A stretch of DNA of 64,000 nucleotides from Candidatus Falkowbacteria bacterium RIFOXYC2_FULL_36_12 (lineage in GTDB: Bacteria > Patescibacteriota > Patescibacteriia > UBA11705): the NCBI GenBank assembly GCA_001778235.1, contig MFGJ01000006.1:98092-162091 (forward strand), written 5' to 3'. The notes under the pieces are model-generated. The model was given only the letters and a program-made list of their open reading frames with translations. It searched no databases and was not told the origin of the DNA. This document shows positions 48,570-58,306 of this stretch, in pieces (the first letter of the stretch is position 1; each line of letters begins with the position of its first letter). The position numbers and the translations under genes were made by a program.

Positions 48570-48703
48570 GATATTAGCTACAGGTAATTAGGAACTGGAT
48601 ACCAGGGAATAGAGACTAGAGATTAAAGACTAGGGAATGGTCTAAAATTTTAGGAGTTGATAATTAATTTGATTGTTTGTTTGAAATAATGTAAATTTGA
48701 ATT

Positions 48704-49105
48704 ATGAACAATGAACCAACAACAAAAGATATTTTAGAGGCAATAAACACTTTCTCAACTCATGTTGATAAACGATTTGATGGTGTGGATGAACGGCTTG
48801 ATAAGGTAGAAGGCAGGCTTGATAAAGTAGAAGGCAGGCTTGATAAAGTAGACGGCAGGCTTGATAAAGTAGACGGCAGGCTTGATAAAGTAGACGGTAG
48901 ACTCGATAAAGTAGAATCAACCATGGTAACTAAAGAATACCTTGATGAAAAATTGAGCGATCTTCGTGGTGATTTGGTTGTTCTAACTAGAAAAGAAGAT
49001 AATAAATTAAAAAAATTAGTTGAAATTTTGAATGATAAAAATATTTTAACGGCTGAAGATAAGACAAAAATATTTCAGATGGAGCCGTTTGCAGAGCAAC
49101 GATAG
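48704..49105 (+). CDS. coiled-coil protein with ~7 tandem heptad repeats RLDKV[ED]G
   Basis: translation of 21-bp DNA tandem repeat. Confidence 0.5.
   Translation: MNNEPTTKDILEAINTFSTHVDKRFDGVDERLDKVEGRLDKVEGRLDKVDGRLDKVDGRLDKVDGRLDKVESTMVTKEYLDEKLSDLRGDLVVLTRKEDNKLKKLVEILNDKNILTAEDKTKIFQMEPFAEQR
48793..48920 (+). repeat. 21-bp tandem repeat GGCAGGCTTGATAAAGTAGAA x ~6 inside CDS
   Basis: directly visible; variant units use GAA/GAC at the last codon. Confidence 0.7.
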
Positions 49106-49361
49106 AATAGGGGGTGGGGATGGCACTCAAAGTTCCTATGGATGTTATTCGCGCGATGGTGAATAATTCAGTTGATGAATGTAAAGCGAAGAGGTGTTTG
49201 TCAGCCGATGAATCGTGGAGGCTAAGAATAACTTCTGCTGAACAAGCGAGATTTGAAGGGCCAAAATTAAATTTAAAATTATTGATGTTGTGCGATTTTA
49301 GCAAATGATATTATCATTTGTTTTTTTGTATATTTTTACAAAACATAATATAATCCGATGT

Positions 49362-50054
49362 ATGGATGAAGCAATGAAACAATCAGGCTTTTTACTCATA
49401 GACAAGCCAAAGGGTTGGACATCTTTTGATATAGTGGCAAAATTGCGAAGTATTTGTAAAATAAAAAAGATTGGTCATGCTGGAACTCTTGATCCCATGG
49501 CAACTGGATTATTGATTGTAGCAATTGGACGAGAAGCAACAAAGCGGATTGATGAATTCAAGGCACAAGAAAAAGTTTATGAAGCAGAGATTGAATTTGG
49601 CATGGTGAGTGATACCTATGATACTGAAGGAAAAGTTGAGAGATTAGAGTTGTCAGTTGATAGATTAGAGAGAGGAGTGATTGAGAAAGGTTTGAAAAGT
49701 TTTATTGGGGAAATTGAGCAGATGCCCCCGGCTTTTTCCGCGAAAAAGATAAAAGGAGTTCCGGCATACAAACTGGCGAGACAAGGAAAAGAAGTTGATT
49801 TGAAACCGAGTATTGTTGAAATTAAAACTATTGAAATATTGAATTTTGATTGGCCTAAATTAGAATTGGAAATAACTTGTGGTCCAGGTACATATATCCG
49901 TAGTTTAGCACATGATTTAGGTCAGGATTTACAGGTAGGTGCAATATTAACAGTATTGAAAAGAACACGAATCGGAAATTTTGATTTATCACAGGCTGTG
50001 AAGCTGGAGCAGTTGACAATTGACAATTGGCAGAGTTTTGTGTTAAAAATATAA
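49362..50054 (+). CDS. truB: tRNA pseudouridine(55) synthase
   Basis: GHAGTLDPMATGLL catalytic Asp motif, C-terminal PUA-like; ORF-track start 49305. Confidence 0.85.
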   Translation: MDEAMKQSGFLLIDKPKGWTSFDIVAKLRSICKIKKIGHAGTLDPMATGLLIVAIGREATKRIDEFKAQEKVYEAEIEFGMVSDTYDTEGKVERLELSVDRLERGVIEKGLKSFIGEIEQMPPAFSAKKIKGVPAYKLARQGKEVDLKPSIVEIKTIEILNFDWPKLELEITCGPGTYIRSLAHDLGQDLQVGAILTVLKRTRIGNFDLSQAVKLEQLTIDNWQSFVLKI

Positions 50055-50091
50055 GCTAGGTGTTACACCAGCCAAAGGAGAGGAGACGACA

Positions 50092-50376
50092 ATGCCAATA
50101 CAAAAGCTTTCAGACATTGAATTTGAATGTCGTGTGTGTGGATGTAAGAATTTTTCGCCCAGAAGTTTATCTGTTGTAGTTGGAGATAATGGAAAAAGAA
50201 TTTTTTGTTTAAGCGATGGGTCACGGGTAAATGTGGAAAGATTCTCATGTACAAAATGTTCTGTTGTTTTCCTGGATCCGATTGCATTTTCAGTCCAGTC
50301 AAATGTCAATTTGAAGGATGAAGCTTTACTTCAGGTAGTTAAAACAAAATATCTGGCTGAATTACGAAACATATAA
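50092..50376 (+). CDS. hypothetical small Cys protein (zinc-ribbon-like CxxC...CxxC)
   Basis: CRVCGC ... CTKCS pairs. Confidence 0.3.
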   Translation: MPIQKLSDIEFECRVCGCKNFSPRSLSVVVGDNGKRIFCLSDGSRVNVERFSCTKCSVVFLDPIAFSVQSNVNLKDEALLQVVKTKYLAELRNI

Positions 50377-50517
50377 TTCTGACTTAACATGGTCAGTTTT
50401 TTATTTTGACAAAATTGGTAATTAATGTTTATTTTTGGGTAAATATTTGACATGTTAATTTCTGAAGTTGTATATTTATATAATAAGTTTGTTCTTTGAC
50501 CACCACCACGGAAAGGA

Positions 50518-52158
50518 GTGGTTATGACTTTGAAAAATGTAGTAGTTGATGGTCGACATTTGAGCATAAAGGATGTGATTGCTGTTGCTCGAGGTATTGA
50601 TGGTGAATATGCAAAAGTTGAAATTCTCCCAGCAACTAGAAAAATGATAAAGAAAATGCGTGATGGGATTGAAGCTCTATTGGACTCGAAAGTAATATAT
50701 GGAGTAAATACAGGTTGTGGTGCTCGTAAGCAAGAAATATTGAAAACAGAAGAGATTGAAGCCTATAATGAAAAATATGTCAAAGCGCATGCATGTGGTT
50801 ATGGCGATACCATGGACACCGAACTTGTTCGAGCTATGATGCTTATTCGTCTTAATTCATTTGCTGTTGGCAATTCTGGTATTCGTCTTGAATTGTGTGA
50901 TCAGATTCTTGCGTTATTGAATCATGAGATTACACCGGTAATTCCGCTTCATGGATCTGTTGGCGCGAGTGGTGACTTGATTCCTCTAGCATATCTAGGC
51001 AATGTTTTGCGCGCTACCAGAGGAGCTATGGTTTTGTATCAGGGAGAGATTGTAGATGCTTACAGTCTGTTTGTTAAACTGGGATTGAAACCTTTGGTAC
51101 TCCAAGCAAAAGAAGCAATGGGCCTGACTAATGGTGCAAATCTTGTATTGGCTTATGGTGTTTTTGCAGTGTACGACTCTGAAAATCTATTGACCGTTGC
51201 CAATGCAGCAGCAGCTCTTGGTCTTGAAGCCATTCGTGGTGAAACTGATGCTTTTAATAATCGTATACATCAAGCTCGGGGATTGAATGGTCATCCAGGA
51301 CAGATTAGTGTCGCTGAACAGATTATGAATATGTTACGAGGTAGTAAGAGATGTCAGCATGCAGCACAAGAATTTAAAATGCATCGTCAGTATGAATATG
51401 GTGATGAAAAGGGAAAGAAAAATGGTCCGCGAGTTCAAGACGCATATTCATATCGTTGTGTGCCACAAGTCCATGGTAGTGTAGATATTGTTTTGGGTAG
51501 AGTGCGTGAAACGATTGAAAGAGAACTTAATGCAGCAACTGACAACCCGCTAATTTTCGAAACTAGAGATGGTGATTTTGATGTTTTATCTGGTGGTAAT
51601 TTCCATGGGGAACCGCTTGCCTATGACCTCGATTACCTTGCAATTGCTATGTGTGGTTTGGCCAATATGTCAGATCGACGGTTTTATCAGTTGCTTGATA
51701 GTCATTCGAGTTATGGTTTGCCAAACGATCTTTGTGGAAATGCTGATCATGGCAATACCGGATTTATGATTTTGCAATATATGGTTGCTTCGGCTGTTAA
51801 TCGGTGTAAGATTTTGGCTAACCCTGCTAGCACTGACAGTATTCCGACTTCTCGTGGTCAAGAGGATTATGTAAGTATGGGAACAAATGCAGGTTGGAAG
51901 CTTCGTGAACAACTTTCTCATGTGCAAGCAGTGCTTGCAGCCGAGGTTATTGCTTCATGTCAGGCAATTGATCTTGGAAATGATGAATTGCCAGAACAAT
52001 TTCAGGAACTTGGTGCTGGTACACAAGTTGTTTATGATCTTGTACGGAAAAAAATTGATCGGATGAAGGGTGATAGATGGTTGCACCCAGATTTGGCAGA
52101 AATCATTGAATTGGTTGCTGGTAGAGATATTCGTCATGAGCTCAAAAGAGTAGTTTAA
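50518..52158 (+). CDS. hutH: histidine ammonia-lyase (MIO-dependent aromatic amino-acid ammonia-lyase family)
   Basis: MIO-forming GSVGASGDLIPLAYLG motif, 546 aa. Confidence 0.75.
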   Translation: MVMTLKNVVVDGRHLSIKDVIAVARGIDGEYAKVEILPATRKMIKKMRDGIEALLDSKVIYGVNTGCGARKQEILKTEEIEAYNEKYVKAHACGYGDTMDTELVRAMMLIRLNSFAVGNSGIRLELCDQILALLNHEITPVIPLHGSVGASGDLIPLAYLGNVLRATRGAMVLYQGEIVDAYSLFVKLGLKPLVLQAKEAMGLTNGANLVLAYGVFAVYDSENLLTVANAAAALGLEAIRGETDAFNNRIHQARGLNGHPGQISVAEQIMNMLRGSKRCQHAAQEFKMHRQYEYGDEKGKKNGPRVQDAYSYRCVPQVHGSVDIVLGRVRETIERELNAATDNPLIFETRDGDFDVLSGGNFHGEPLAYDLDYLAIAMCGLANMSDRRFYQLLDSHSSYGLPNDLCGNADHGNTGFMILQYMVASAVNRCKILANPASTDSIPTSRGQEDYVSMGTNAGWKLREQLSHVQAVLAAEVIASCQAIDLGNDELPEQFQELGAGTQVVYDLVRKKIDRMKGDRWLHPDLAEIIELVAGRDIRHELKRVV

Positions 52159-52261
52159 GTATCATTAAAATATGATACTTTTTTTGACAGCATGTCTGAA
52201 AGCATAGTCTGTCTCGACTGTACGATGAATTCGGTTAAGGTGAGTTAGCTGTTATTATTAG

Positions 52262-52640
52262 TTTCTATATGTAAATTTGTCACTCTGAACTTGCTTGTCC
52301 AGCGAAGTTTTAACGAAGATGGATTTCAGAGTATAAAGGGATGGCTTGATTATACCCTGAAATAAATTCAGGGTGACAAGTGGAGTGTGGTCCCGTCACT
52401 CTGAACTTGTTTCAGAGTCTCCTGAATTGACACTAGAGGATGGAATAGAAAATTAATTTGATTAAATAATTTAATCCGAATTTTGAAGAATTATACCCTG
52501 AAACAACCTGCCTTTCGGCAGACAGGATTCAGGGTGACAAGTGAGTATGTTGGTGGCGCGTATTACCACCCCAGAACTACCTTCATCAAGATTACGGCAG
52601 GCAAGCCCCCGTGATGTTTATGTTCGATGCTTTAAATATT
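52262..52640. repeat. large intergenic repeat cluster (family B in both orientations + family A)
   Basis: 52272-52345 reverse-orientation family B; 52358-52395 CCTGAA-N5-TTCAGG unit; 52392-52510 ~ 27595-27720; 52489-52625 ~ 42031-42175. Confidence 0.65.
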
Positions 52641-52768
52641 TAGTTTTGGTGGTGTACCTCCAAATCCGAGGCTATTAAACTTGATACGGTGGAAATAGAA
52701 ACCACCAGTTTGAGCTTATGGTTGTTTATTGACAGCGATTGATAATATTGTTAAATTGAAATAATAAT

Positions 52769-54208
52769 TTGCCCCTTGACAAACAAGCTGAAAGTATCAC
52801 CACCCGTCAAAGAGGAAAGGGAATGCAGATGAGTGAAAAAGTAAGTCCAATATTGGTTTCTGGTTTTAGAGATACAGATCCAGCTGACATGATTGCTAAG
52901 CAGAGACTTATTGATGAAATTATGGCTGTTTATAGATCTTTTGGTTTTGAACCCTTGGATACTGCTGTTGTTCAGTTGCAAACTGTATTATTTGAGGAGT
53001 TTGAATATACTGATATGGATTTTTTCCAAGTTGAAAATTCTAGAAAATTTTCCCATTCAGAAGCTCCACGAATGGCTCTTAGATTTGATTTGACTGTGCC
53101 TTTGGCTAGATATGTGGCAGCGAATATTGCGACCTTGCCCAGACCTTTTAAGCGAGCACAAATTGGCAAAGTTTATCGTGGAGAAAAAGCTCAAGCTGGT
53201 AGATATTGTGAGTTCTTGCAAGCTGATATTGATAGTTTGTTTACTGGTAGTGTTTATTCTGATGCTGAAATCGTGGCTGTGATGTTTACTTTGTTTAAAA
53301 AGTTGGGGATTGATAAATTCAAAATTGTTATTAATAATAGAATGATTTGCAATTTATTCCCTCAATATGCTGGATTTAACCCTGATGATTTGACTGCTGT
53401 GTTGAGAGTTCTTGACAAAATCAGAAAAGTGTCGAGAGAAGAAACAGTCAAGGGATTGTCACATAAGCAGGATGAAGAAAGTAAAAATCCAGTTAGATTT
53501 TTATCAAATAGTTCGATTAGGAAATTGATGTATTTGATTGAAAAACAAGGTAGTAATGAAGATTTGTTGATTTACCTGAAGGTAAAATATCAGCGAGCAG
53601 GTTTAGATACGACTGGAATTGTAGAGCTTGAAAAGATGTATGAATATTGCCGTATGATGGGAGTTGATGATAAAAATCTACAAGTTGATTTTGCCATGGT
53701 TCGAGGCTTGGCGTATTATACTGGGCCGATTTTCGAGACTTATCTAACGGAGTTGCCTGAATTTGGTAGTGTATTTTCAGGTGGAAGATATGATAATTTG
53801 GTTAGTAAATTTACAGAAGCTAATGTCCCAGCTACTGGAGCTTCAGTCGGAGTTGATCGTTTGTTTGAAGCTTTGAAACAATTGAGTTATCTTAAACCAT
53901 TAGGGAGCGTGGTTGATGTAATGATCATGGTTTTGGATAGATCTTACATGCCAGAATATTTGTTGATGGCTAAAGAAATAAGGGATAATGGATATAATGT
54001 AATGATTTATGATGGAGTTGATATGAGTTTTAAAACTCAACTAATGAGAGCAGTGACCAATGATATTCACTTCGTTGTAATTGTTGGTAAAGATGAAATG
54101 GATAAACAGGTAGTGACTGTGAAGGATTTGAAAACCAGAAAGCAATCAGTATTGTCTAGAAATGAATTTACTACCTACCATTTTCTCAATATAATTACTG
54201 GTACTTGA
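52769..54208 (+). CDS. histidyl-tRNA synthetase paralogue (full-length class II HisRS-like)
   Basis: motif 2 FKRAQIGKVYRGEKAQAGRYCEFLQADID, GLAYYTGPIFE, SGGRYDNLV; probable start MQMSEKV ~52823. Confidence 0.65.
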   Translation: MPLDKQAESITTRQRGKGMQMSEKVSPILVSGFRDTDPADMIAKQRLIDEIMAVYRSFGFEPLDTAVVQLQTVLFEEFEYTDMDFFQVENSRKFSHSEAPRMALRFDLTVPLARYVAANIATLPRPFKRAQIGKVYRGEKAQAGRYCEFLQADIDSLFTGSVYSDAEIVAVMFTLFKKLGIDKFKIVINNRMICNLFPQYAGFNPDDLTAVLRVLDKIRKVSREETVKGLSHKQDEESKNPVRFLSNSSIRKLMYLIEKQGSNEDLLIYLKVKYQRAGLDTTGIVELEKMYEYCRMMGVDDKNLQVDFAMVRGLAYYTGPIFETYLTELPEFGSVFSGGRYDNLVSKFTEANVPATGASVGVDRLFEALKQLSYLKPLGSVVDVMIMVLDRSYMPEYLLMAKEIRDNGYNVMIYDGVDMSFKTQLMRAVTNDIHFVVIVGKDEMDKQVVTVKDLKTRKQSVLSRNEFTTYHFLNIITGT

Positions 54209-54255
54209 CAGAATTAAAAAAGCTGTTAAGATGAATTTGCTAGGCAGTTTCTGTC

Positions 54256-54329
54256 GGGCCGTTAGCTCCAATTGGTAGAGCGGCGGATTGTGGTTCCGTT
54301 TGTTACGGGTTCGAATCCCGTACGGCCCA
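54256..54329 (+). tRNA. tRNA-His(GUG), non-canonical: no encoded G-1, A73, no encoded CCA
   Basis: acceptor GGGCCGT/ACGGCCC, anticodon stem GCGGA/TCCGT with loop TTGTGGT, T-loop TTCGAAT; nucleotide -1 is C, discriminator is A. Confidence 0.7.
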
Positions 54330-54333
54330 CTCC

Positions 54334-54368
54334 AGGCGAAATGAAAGATTTCATTTCGCCTGTTTTTT
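54334..54368 (+). terminator. rho-independent terminator after tRNA-His
   Basis: AGGCGAAATGAAA-GATTT-CATTTCGCCT followed by T7. Confidence 0.5.
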
Positions 54369-54479
54369 TACACTGAAATATGTTAATATTTTGCTATTGA
54401 CATTTTATCGAGTGTTTGATATTATAAATATGTTGAAAATATATTAAATGCAATTGAACAAGGAAGATGTCTAAAAACC

Positions 54480-54668
54480 TTCAATTTTAGCGAATCAGGG
54501 CCAGTGAAAGCCTGATATTGAATTTTTGGACTACACACCCTTGGAGCAGCTTGAGCAAAACTCAAGACGAGATTGTACTCGTAAAAATACACCCTGATGA
54601 TTGTCAGGCGCTTAATTAAAAGACTCTCTTTTCTTTAATTGCAAAACAATCAGGGAAAAGAGAGTTTT
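54480..54668 (+). ncRNA. candidate structured small RNA ending in a strong terminator
   Basis: consecutive hairpins (TCAGGGCC..GCCTGA; CTTGAG-CAAAA-CTCAAG; ACGAG-ATTGT-ACTCGT; CCTGA-TGATTG-TCAGG) then ACTCTCTTTTC...GAAAAGAGAGT + T6; no ORF. Confidence 0.25.
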
Positions 54669-54715
54669 TTGTATTAAAAAATATAAGCTTTTTAATAATA
54701 TTTATCAATAATTAT

Positions 54716-54792
54716 GGCGGCTGTAGCTCAGTTGGTAGAGCGCTGGTTTGTGGTACCAGTGGTCGCGGGTTCAAATCCCGTCGGTCGCCCCA
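54716..54792 (+). tRNA. tRNA-His(GUG), canonical bacterial type with encoded G-1, C73 and CCA
   Basis: G-1 (54716) opposite C73 (54789); acceptor GCGGCTG/CGGTCGC (two G-U), anticodon stem CTGGT/ACCAG with loop TTGTGGT, T-loop TTCAAAT. Confidence 0.8.
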
Positions 54793-54813
54793 GACTACGC
54801 ACTGTAAAGTGCT

Positions 54814-56136
54814 TTGTCTGGCAAGCCATTAAATTTTATGTCAGAATCATTATTACAACGAGCCAAGGGAGTCCGCGACTTTGGTCCTGAAGAAAAAATT
54901 GAGCGTGATCGTATTGTCGAGTCTTTGAAACAAGTATTCGAATCTTTTGGGTTTTCTCCAATTGAAACGCCGATTATTGAGCGCTATGAATTATTTGCCT
55001 CAAAGTTTGGACAAGGTGATCAATCTGACAGCATGAAAGAGAGTTTCAAATTGAAGGATCAAGGGTTGCGAGATTTAGTTTTAAGAAATGAATTCACAAT
55101 TCCATTTGCAAGGTATGTTGGAATGAATCCAAACCTTAGAATGCCTTTTAAACGATACCAAATAGGGCAGGTATTTCGAGATGGACCAATTAAACTGGGT
55201 AGATATAGAGAATTTTGGCAATGTGATGTGGATGTTGTTGGTAACCCTGATGTTTCAGCTGATACAGAAATATTGATGATTGCCCAAAAAGTTTTTGCTA
55301 AACTTGGTTTTGAGGTGGAGATTTATTTGAACAATAGAAAATTGTTGAATGCTGTACTTGATAAATATGAAATTAATAAAGAAATTGCGACTGATGTAAT
55401 TATTTCAATTGATAAACTTGATAAAATAGGTGTGGATGGGGTTGTTGAAGAGTTAAAAAATAAAAATATTGAAGAAGCAAAAGCACGAGAATTTCTACAA
55501 ATTTTGAATGTTACGGGAACAAATGAAGAAAAAATTGGAAAATTGCAGACTAGTTTGGGAAAGATTGATGCTTTACAGGAGATTGAGCAGACAATAAATC
55601 TGATGCCTAATCAAGAAAATATTGTGTTTTTACCGTCATTGGCGCGAGGTTTGGCATATTATACTGGCAATGTGTTTGAGATATTTTTAAAAGATAAAAA
55701 TGTTATGAGTTCTGCGGTTGGTGGTGGTGGTAGATATGACAAAATGATTGGTGGATTTTTGGGAAAAGATGGAGATATTCCGGCAGTTGGAATAAGTTTT
55801 GGACTTGAGACTATTTTGGATGTGATTAATAAAACAGGAATTTCTGAAATGAAAAAAACTGTAACTCAAGTTTATGTTTTGGCAATGGGGGAAGAAAATA
55901 TGAAATCAGCCATTGAGACCGCTGACCAAATTCGGAATTTAGGGATTAATGTTGATATTGATTTGCAAAACAGAAAGTTGAAGAAAAATTTGGAATATGC
56001 CAATGCTCTTGAAATCCCATATGTAGTAATAATTGGTTCAGATGAAATTGAAAAAAAGCAAATTACACTTAGAAATATGAAAGATGGGTCACAAAAATCA
56101 ATAAAACCTGAAGAAATAAAAAATTATTTAAATTAA
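54814..56136 (+). CDS. hisS: histidine--tRNA ligase
   Basis: motif 2 FKRYQIGQVFRDGPIKLGRYREFWQCDVD, GLAYYTGNVFE, GGGGRYD; anticodon-binding C-terminal domain; likely start MSESLL ~54838. Confidence 0.85.
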   Translation: MSGKPLNFMSESLLQRAKGVRDFGPEEKIERDRIVESLKQVFESFGFSPIETPIIERYELFASKFGQGDQSDSMKESFKLKDQGLRDLVLRNEFTIPFARYVGMNPNLRMPFKRYQIGQVFRDGPIKLGRYREFWQCDVDVVGNPDVSADTEILMIAQKVFAKLGFEVEIYLNNRKLLNAVLDKYEINKEIATDVIISIDKLDKIGVDGVVEELKNKNIEEAKAREFLQILNVTGTNEEKIGKLQTSLGKIDALQEIEQTINLMPNQENIVFLPSLARGLAYYTGNVFEIFLKDKNVMSSAVGGGGRYDKMIGGFLGKDGDIPAVGISFGLETILDVINKTGISEMKKTVTQVYVLAMGEENMKSAIETADQIRNLGINVDIDLQNRKLKKNLEYANALEIPYVVIIGSDEIEKKQITLRNMKDGSQKSIKPEEIKNYLN

Positions 56137-56250
56137 TATGAATTCAGCAAATTTACAGAACCATCATGGTCATCATGCTCGCGTTTTTATGAGGCTAGTT
56201 TATATTTTTGTGTAAGATATAATAGAGATAGCCTCGCAGAAGGCTATTTT

Positions 56251-56868
56251 TTGTACATTAAAATCAAACCGCTAAACCCACAGGCCAGCAATGACTGGCG
56301 GGAGGTGAAAATGGAGTTTTTGAGAGATTATCGGTTGCCAAAAGGATTAAGATTGGAAGAACTGGATTTAAGTAAATCAGATGATTTAGAGGCTTTAGCT
56401 CGCTTTTATTGTGAAGTTTGGAAAGAACCACCGTGGCTTGAATTTCACTGGACTTACGACGCTGTGATTAAATACATTCTTGAAACAAGTCAAAAAATTG
56501 CTTCAATTTGGTTGTTGATAAAAAATCAAGCAAATGAAATTGTGGCTTTTGCCCTAGGTTATGGAATAGATTTCAAAGATTTGGAACAAATCGCCAATAG
56601 AAAAGACGCTGCATTTTATTTCGGAGAAAAACCCATGTTTTATGATGCTGAAGTAGCTGTAATGCCAACCTATCGTAAACAAGGGCTTGCAACAGTTCTG
56701 ATTAGGGCAAGAATTGATTTTGCCAGATTTCATGATTTAAAAGTTGTGATTGCGCGAACTAAAGCTCCAAATGCAATTAGAGCTATGACTAAAATTGGTT
56801 TCTTCCCAACTACATTTACTGATGGATCTGATCCTGAAAGGGTTTATTGGCGGTTTGATATTTCGTAG
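56251..56868 (+). CDS. GNAT-family N-acetyltransferase-like protein
   Basis: acetyl-CoA-binding-like motif VMPTYRKQGLATVLI; possible start at 56312. Confidence 0.5.
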   Translation: MYIKIKPLNPQASNDWREVKMEFLRDYRLPKGLRLEELDLSKSDDLEALARFYCEVWKEPPWLEFHWTYDAVIKYILETSQKIASIWLLIKNQANEIVAFALGYGIDFKDLEQIANRKDAAFYFGEKPMFYDAEVAVMPTYRKQGLATVLIRARIDFARFHDLKVVIARTKAPNAIRAMTKIGFFPTTFTDGSDPERVYWRFDIS

Positions 56869-56915
56869 GAAAAATATTTATTTTTCCTTTCTTTAAAAAA
56901 TTAAAATTTATCTAT

Positions 56916-58031
56916 ATGAAAAGTGAAGAATTAATAAGAAAATTAGTTTCATTTGATACTCAATGTATCAAAAGCAACAAGGAAATTGTAAAATATATTT
57001 CAAGTCTTTTTCCACCTGAAATTGTTGAAATTATTCCGATTAAAAAGAATAAGATTATTGTTTATAATTTGATATTAAGTTTTAAGGGTAAATCAAATAA
57101 TTCGCCAATAATTTTCAGTGGTCATACCGATACTATCCCATTATCAGGTGAATGGACCAAAGATCCTTTTAAAGGTGAAGTAATTAATGGCAATATTTTC
57201 GGCTTGGGAGCTGTTGATATGAAAGGTGGTTTGGTCGCAATGATTTTGACTGCTTTGAAATTGGTTGGAACAACTCCAGAAAATGATGTTTATTTTTTGT
57301 TTGATGCAGATGAAGAATGTAATTGTGTTGGCGGGAAATATTTTGCAGATAATTTTAATCCTGAAAATAATAAGTGTAGGATAGTCATTGGTGAACCAAC
57401 TGATGGTAAACTTGAAATTGGACAAAAAGGTGTTATTGAATTTAGAGTAACTTATAGAGGTAAATCAATTCATGCAAGTAAAGCAACTCGAGAAAAAAAC
57501 AAAAATTTTAATGCTATCAGCAAGGTTTATTCAGCTTTGCAGTTAATTGATATAGAAGAGCAACGACTGGCTAAAATGATTGATAAAAATTTTGGGTCGC
57601 CAACAATAGCAATTTGTCAAATAAATGGCGGGAGTGCTGCGAATGTTATTCCTGATTCTTGTAGTTTTGTTTTCAGTAGAAGATTGTTACCGAGTGAAGA
57701 TATTGAAAAAGTAAAGGAAAAATTGAGAAATATGTTTGTCTCGGTAGATAGTCGTGTACAAATTGAAGAGTTGTTGATTGGGGATTCAAATCTGTTGTCA
57801 GAAAATGATAATTTATATATGCAAGCATCAGAAATTTGTAACAATTTATTAGGTAAATGTGAAAAAGATATTTCAGCCGGTTGGACACAGGCTGGCTATT
57901 ACAAAAAATGGGGTGAATGTTTGATTTGGGGTCCTGGAAACAAAGGACAAGCTCATAGTGTTGATGAATTTATTGAATTAGCACAAATTGATAAAATGGC
58001 TGGATGTTATTTTGCTCTGACAAAAATTTAG
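56916..58031 (+). CDS. M20-family metallopeptidase/deacylase (ArgE/DapE-like)
   Basis: FSGHTDTIP, GAVDMKGG, DADEE metal-binding motifs. Confidence 0.75.
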   Translation: MKSEELIRKLVSFDTQCIKSNKEIVKYISSLFPPEIVEIIPIKKNKIIVYNLILSFKGKSNNSPIIFSGHTDTIPLSGEWTKDPFKGEVINGNIFGLGAVDMKGGLVAMILTALKLVGTTPENDVYFLFDADEECNCVGGKYFADNFNPENNKCRIVIGEPTDGKLEIGQKGVIEFRVTYRGKSIHASKATREKNKNFNAISKVYSALQLIDIEEQRLAKMIDKNFGSPTIAICQINGGSAANVIPDSCSFVFSRRLLPSEDIEKVKEKLRNMFVSVDSRVQIEELLIGDSNLLSENDNLYMQASEICNNLLGKCEKDISAGWTQAGYYKKWGECLIWGPGNKGQAHSVDEFIELAQIDKMAGCYFALTKI

Positions 58032-58164
58032 AAATTTTGCCTTAAATAAGCTGTGTACAAATTTGTTTTTCAGCCTTGCATAAATGAAAAGTCTGTGATA
58101 TACTAATCACAGTTTCGTTAAGAATTAGATAAATTACATTAGATTAGAATGAAGAAGGTTTTTT

Positions 58165-58240
58165 GCCAGCATAGCTCAGTTGGTAGAGCAACGGTTTTGT
58201 AAACCGTGGGTCGCGGGTTCGAATCCCCCTGCTGGCTCCA
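58165..58240 (+). tRNA. tRNA-Thr(UGU)
   Basis: acceptor GCCAGCA/TGCTGGC, anticodon stem ACGGT/ACCGT with loop TTTGTAA, T-loop TTCGAAT (one C:C mismatch in T-stem), CCA encoded. Confidence 0.75.
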
Positions 58241-58306
58241 GTTTTTGCTCCAGTTAGAGCAAAGACAACTAGGCCAATTATTTATATTTAAAATTTAATC
58301 ATATAT

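Noticed and set aside
48702-48920. 72-aa minus-strand ORF (LLYQACRLLYQAC...)
   Set aside because: Shadow reading frame of the 21-bp tandem repeat inside the + strand coiled-coil gene.
2945-52620. CRISPR array built from the 26-nt palindromic family A repeat
   Set aside because: Copies are solitary and scattered tens of kb apart, each embedded in different composite repeats. There is no regular repeat-spacer periodicity and no cas genes.
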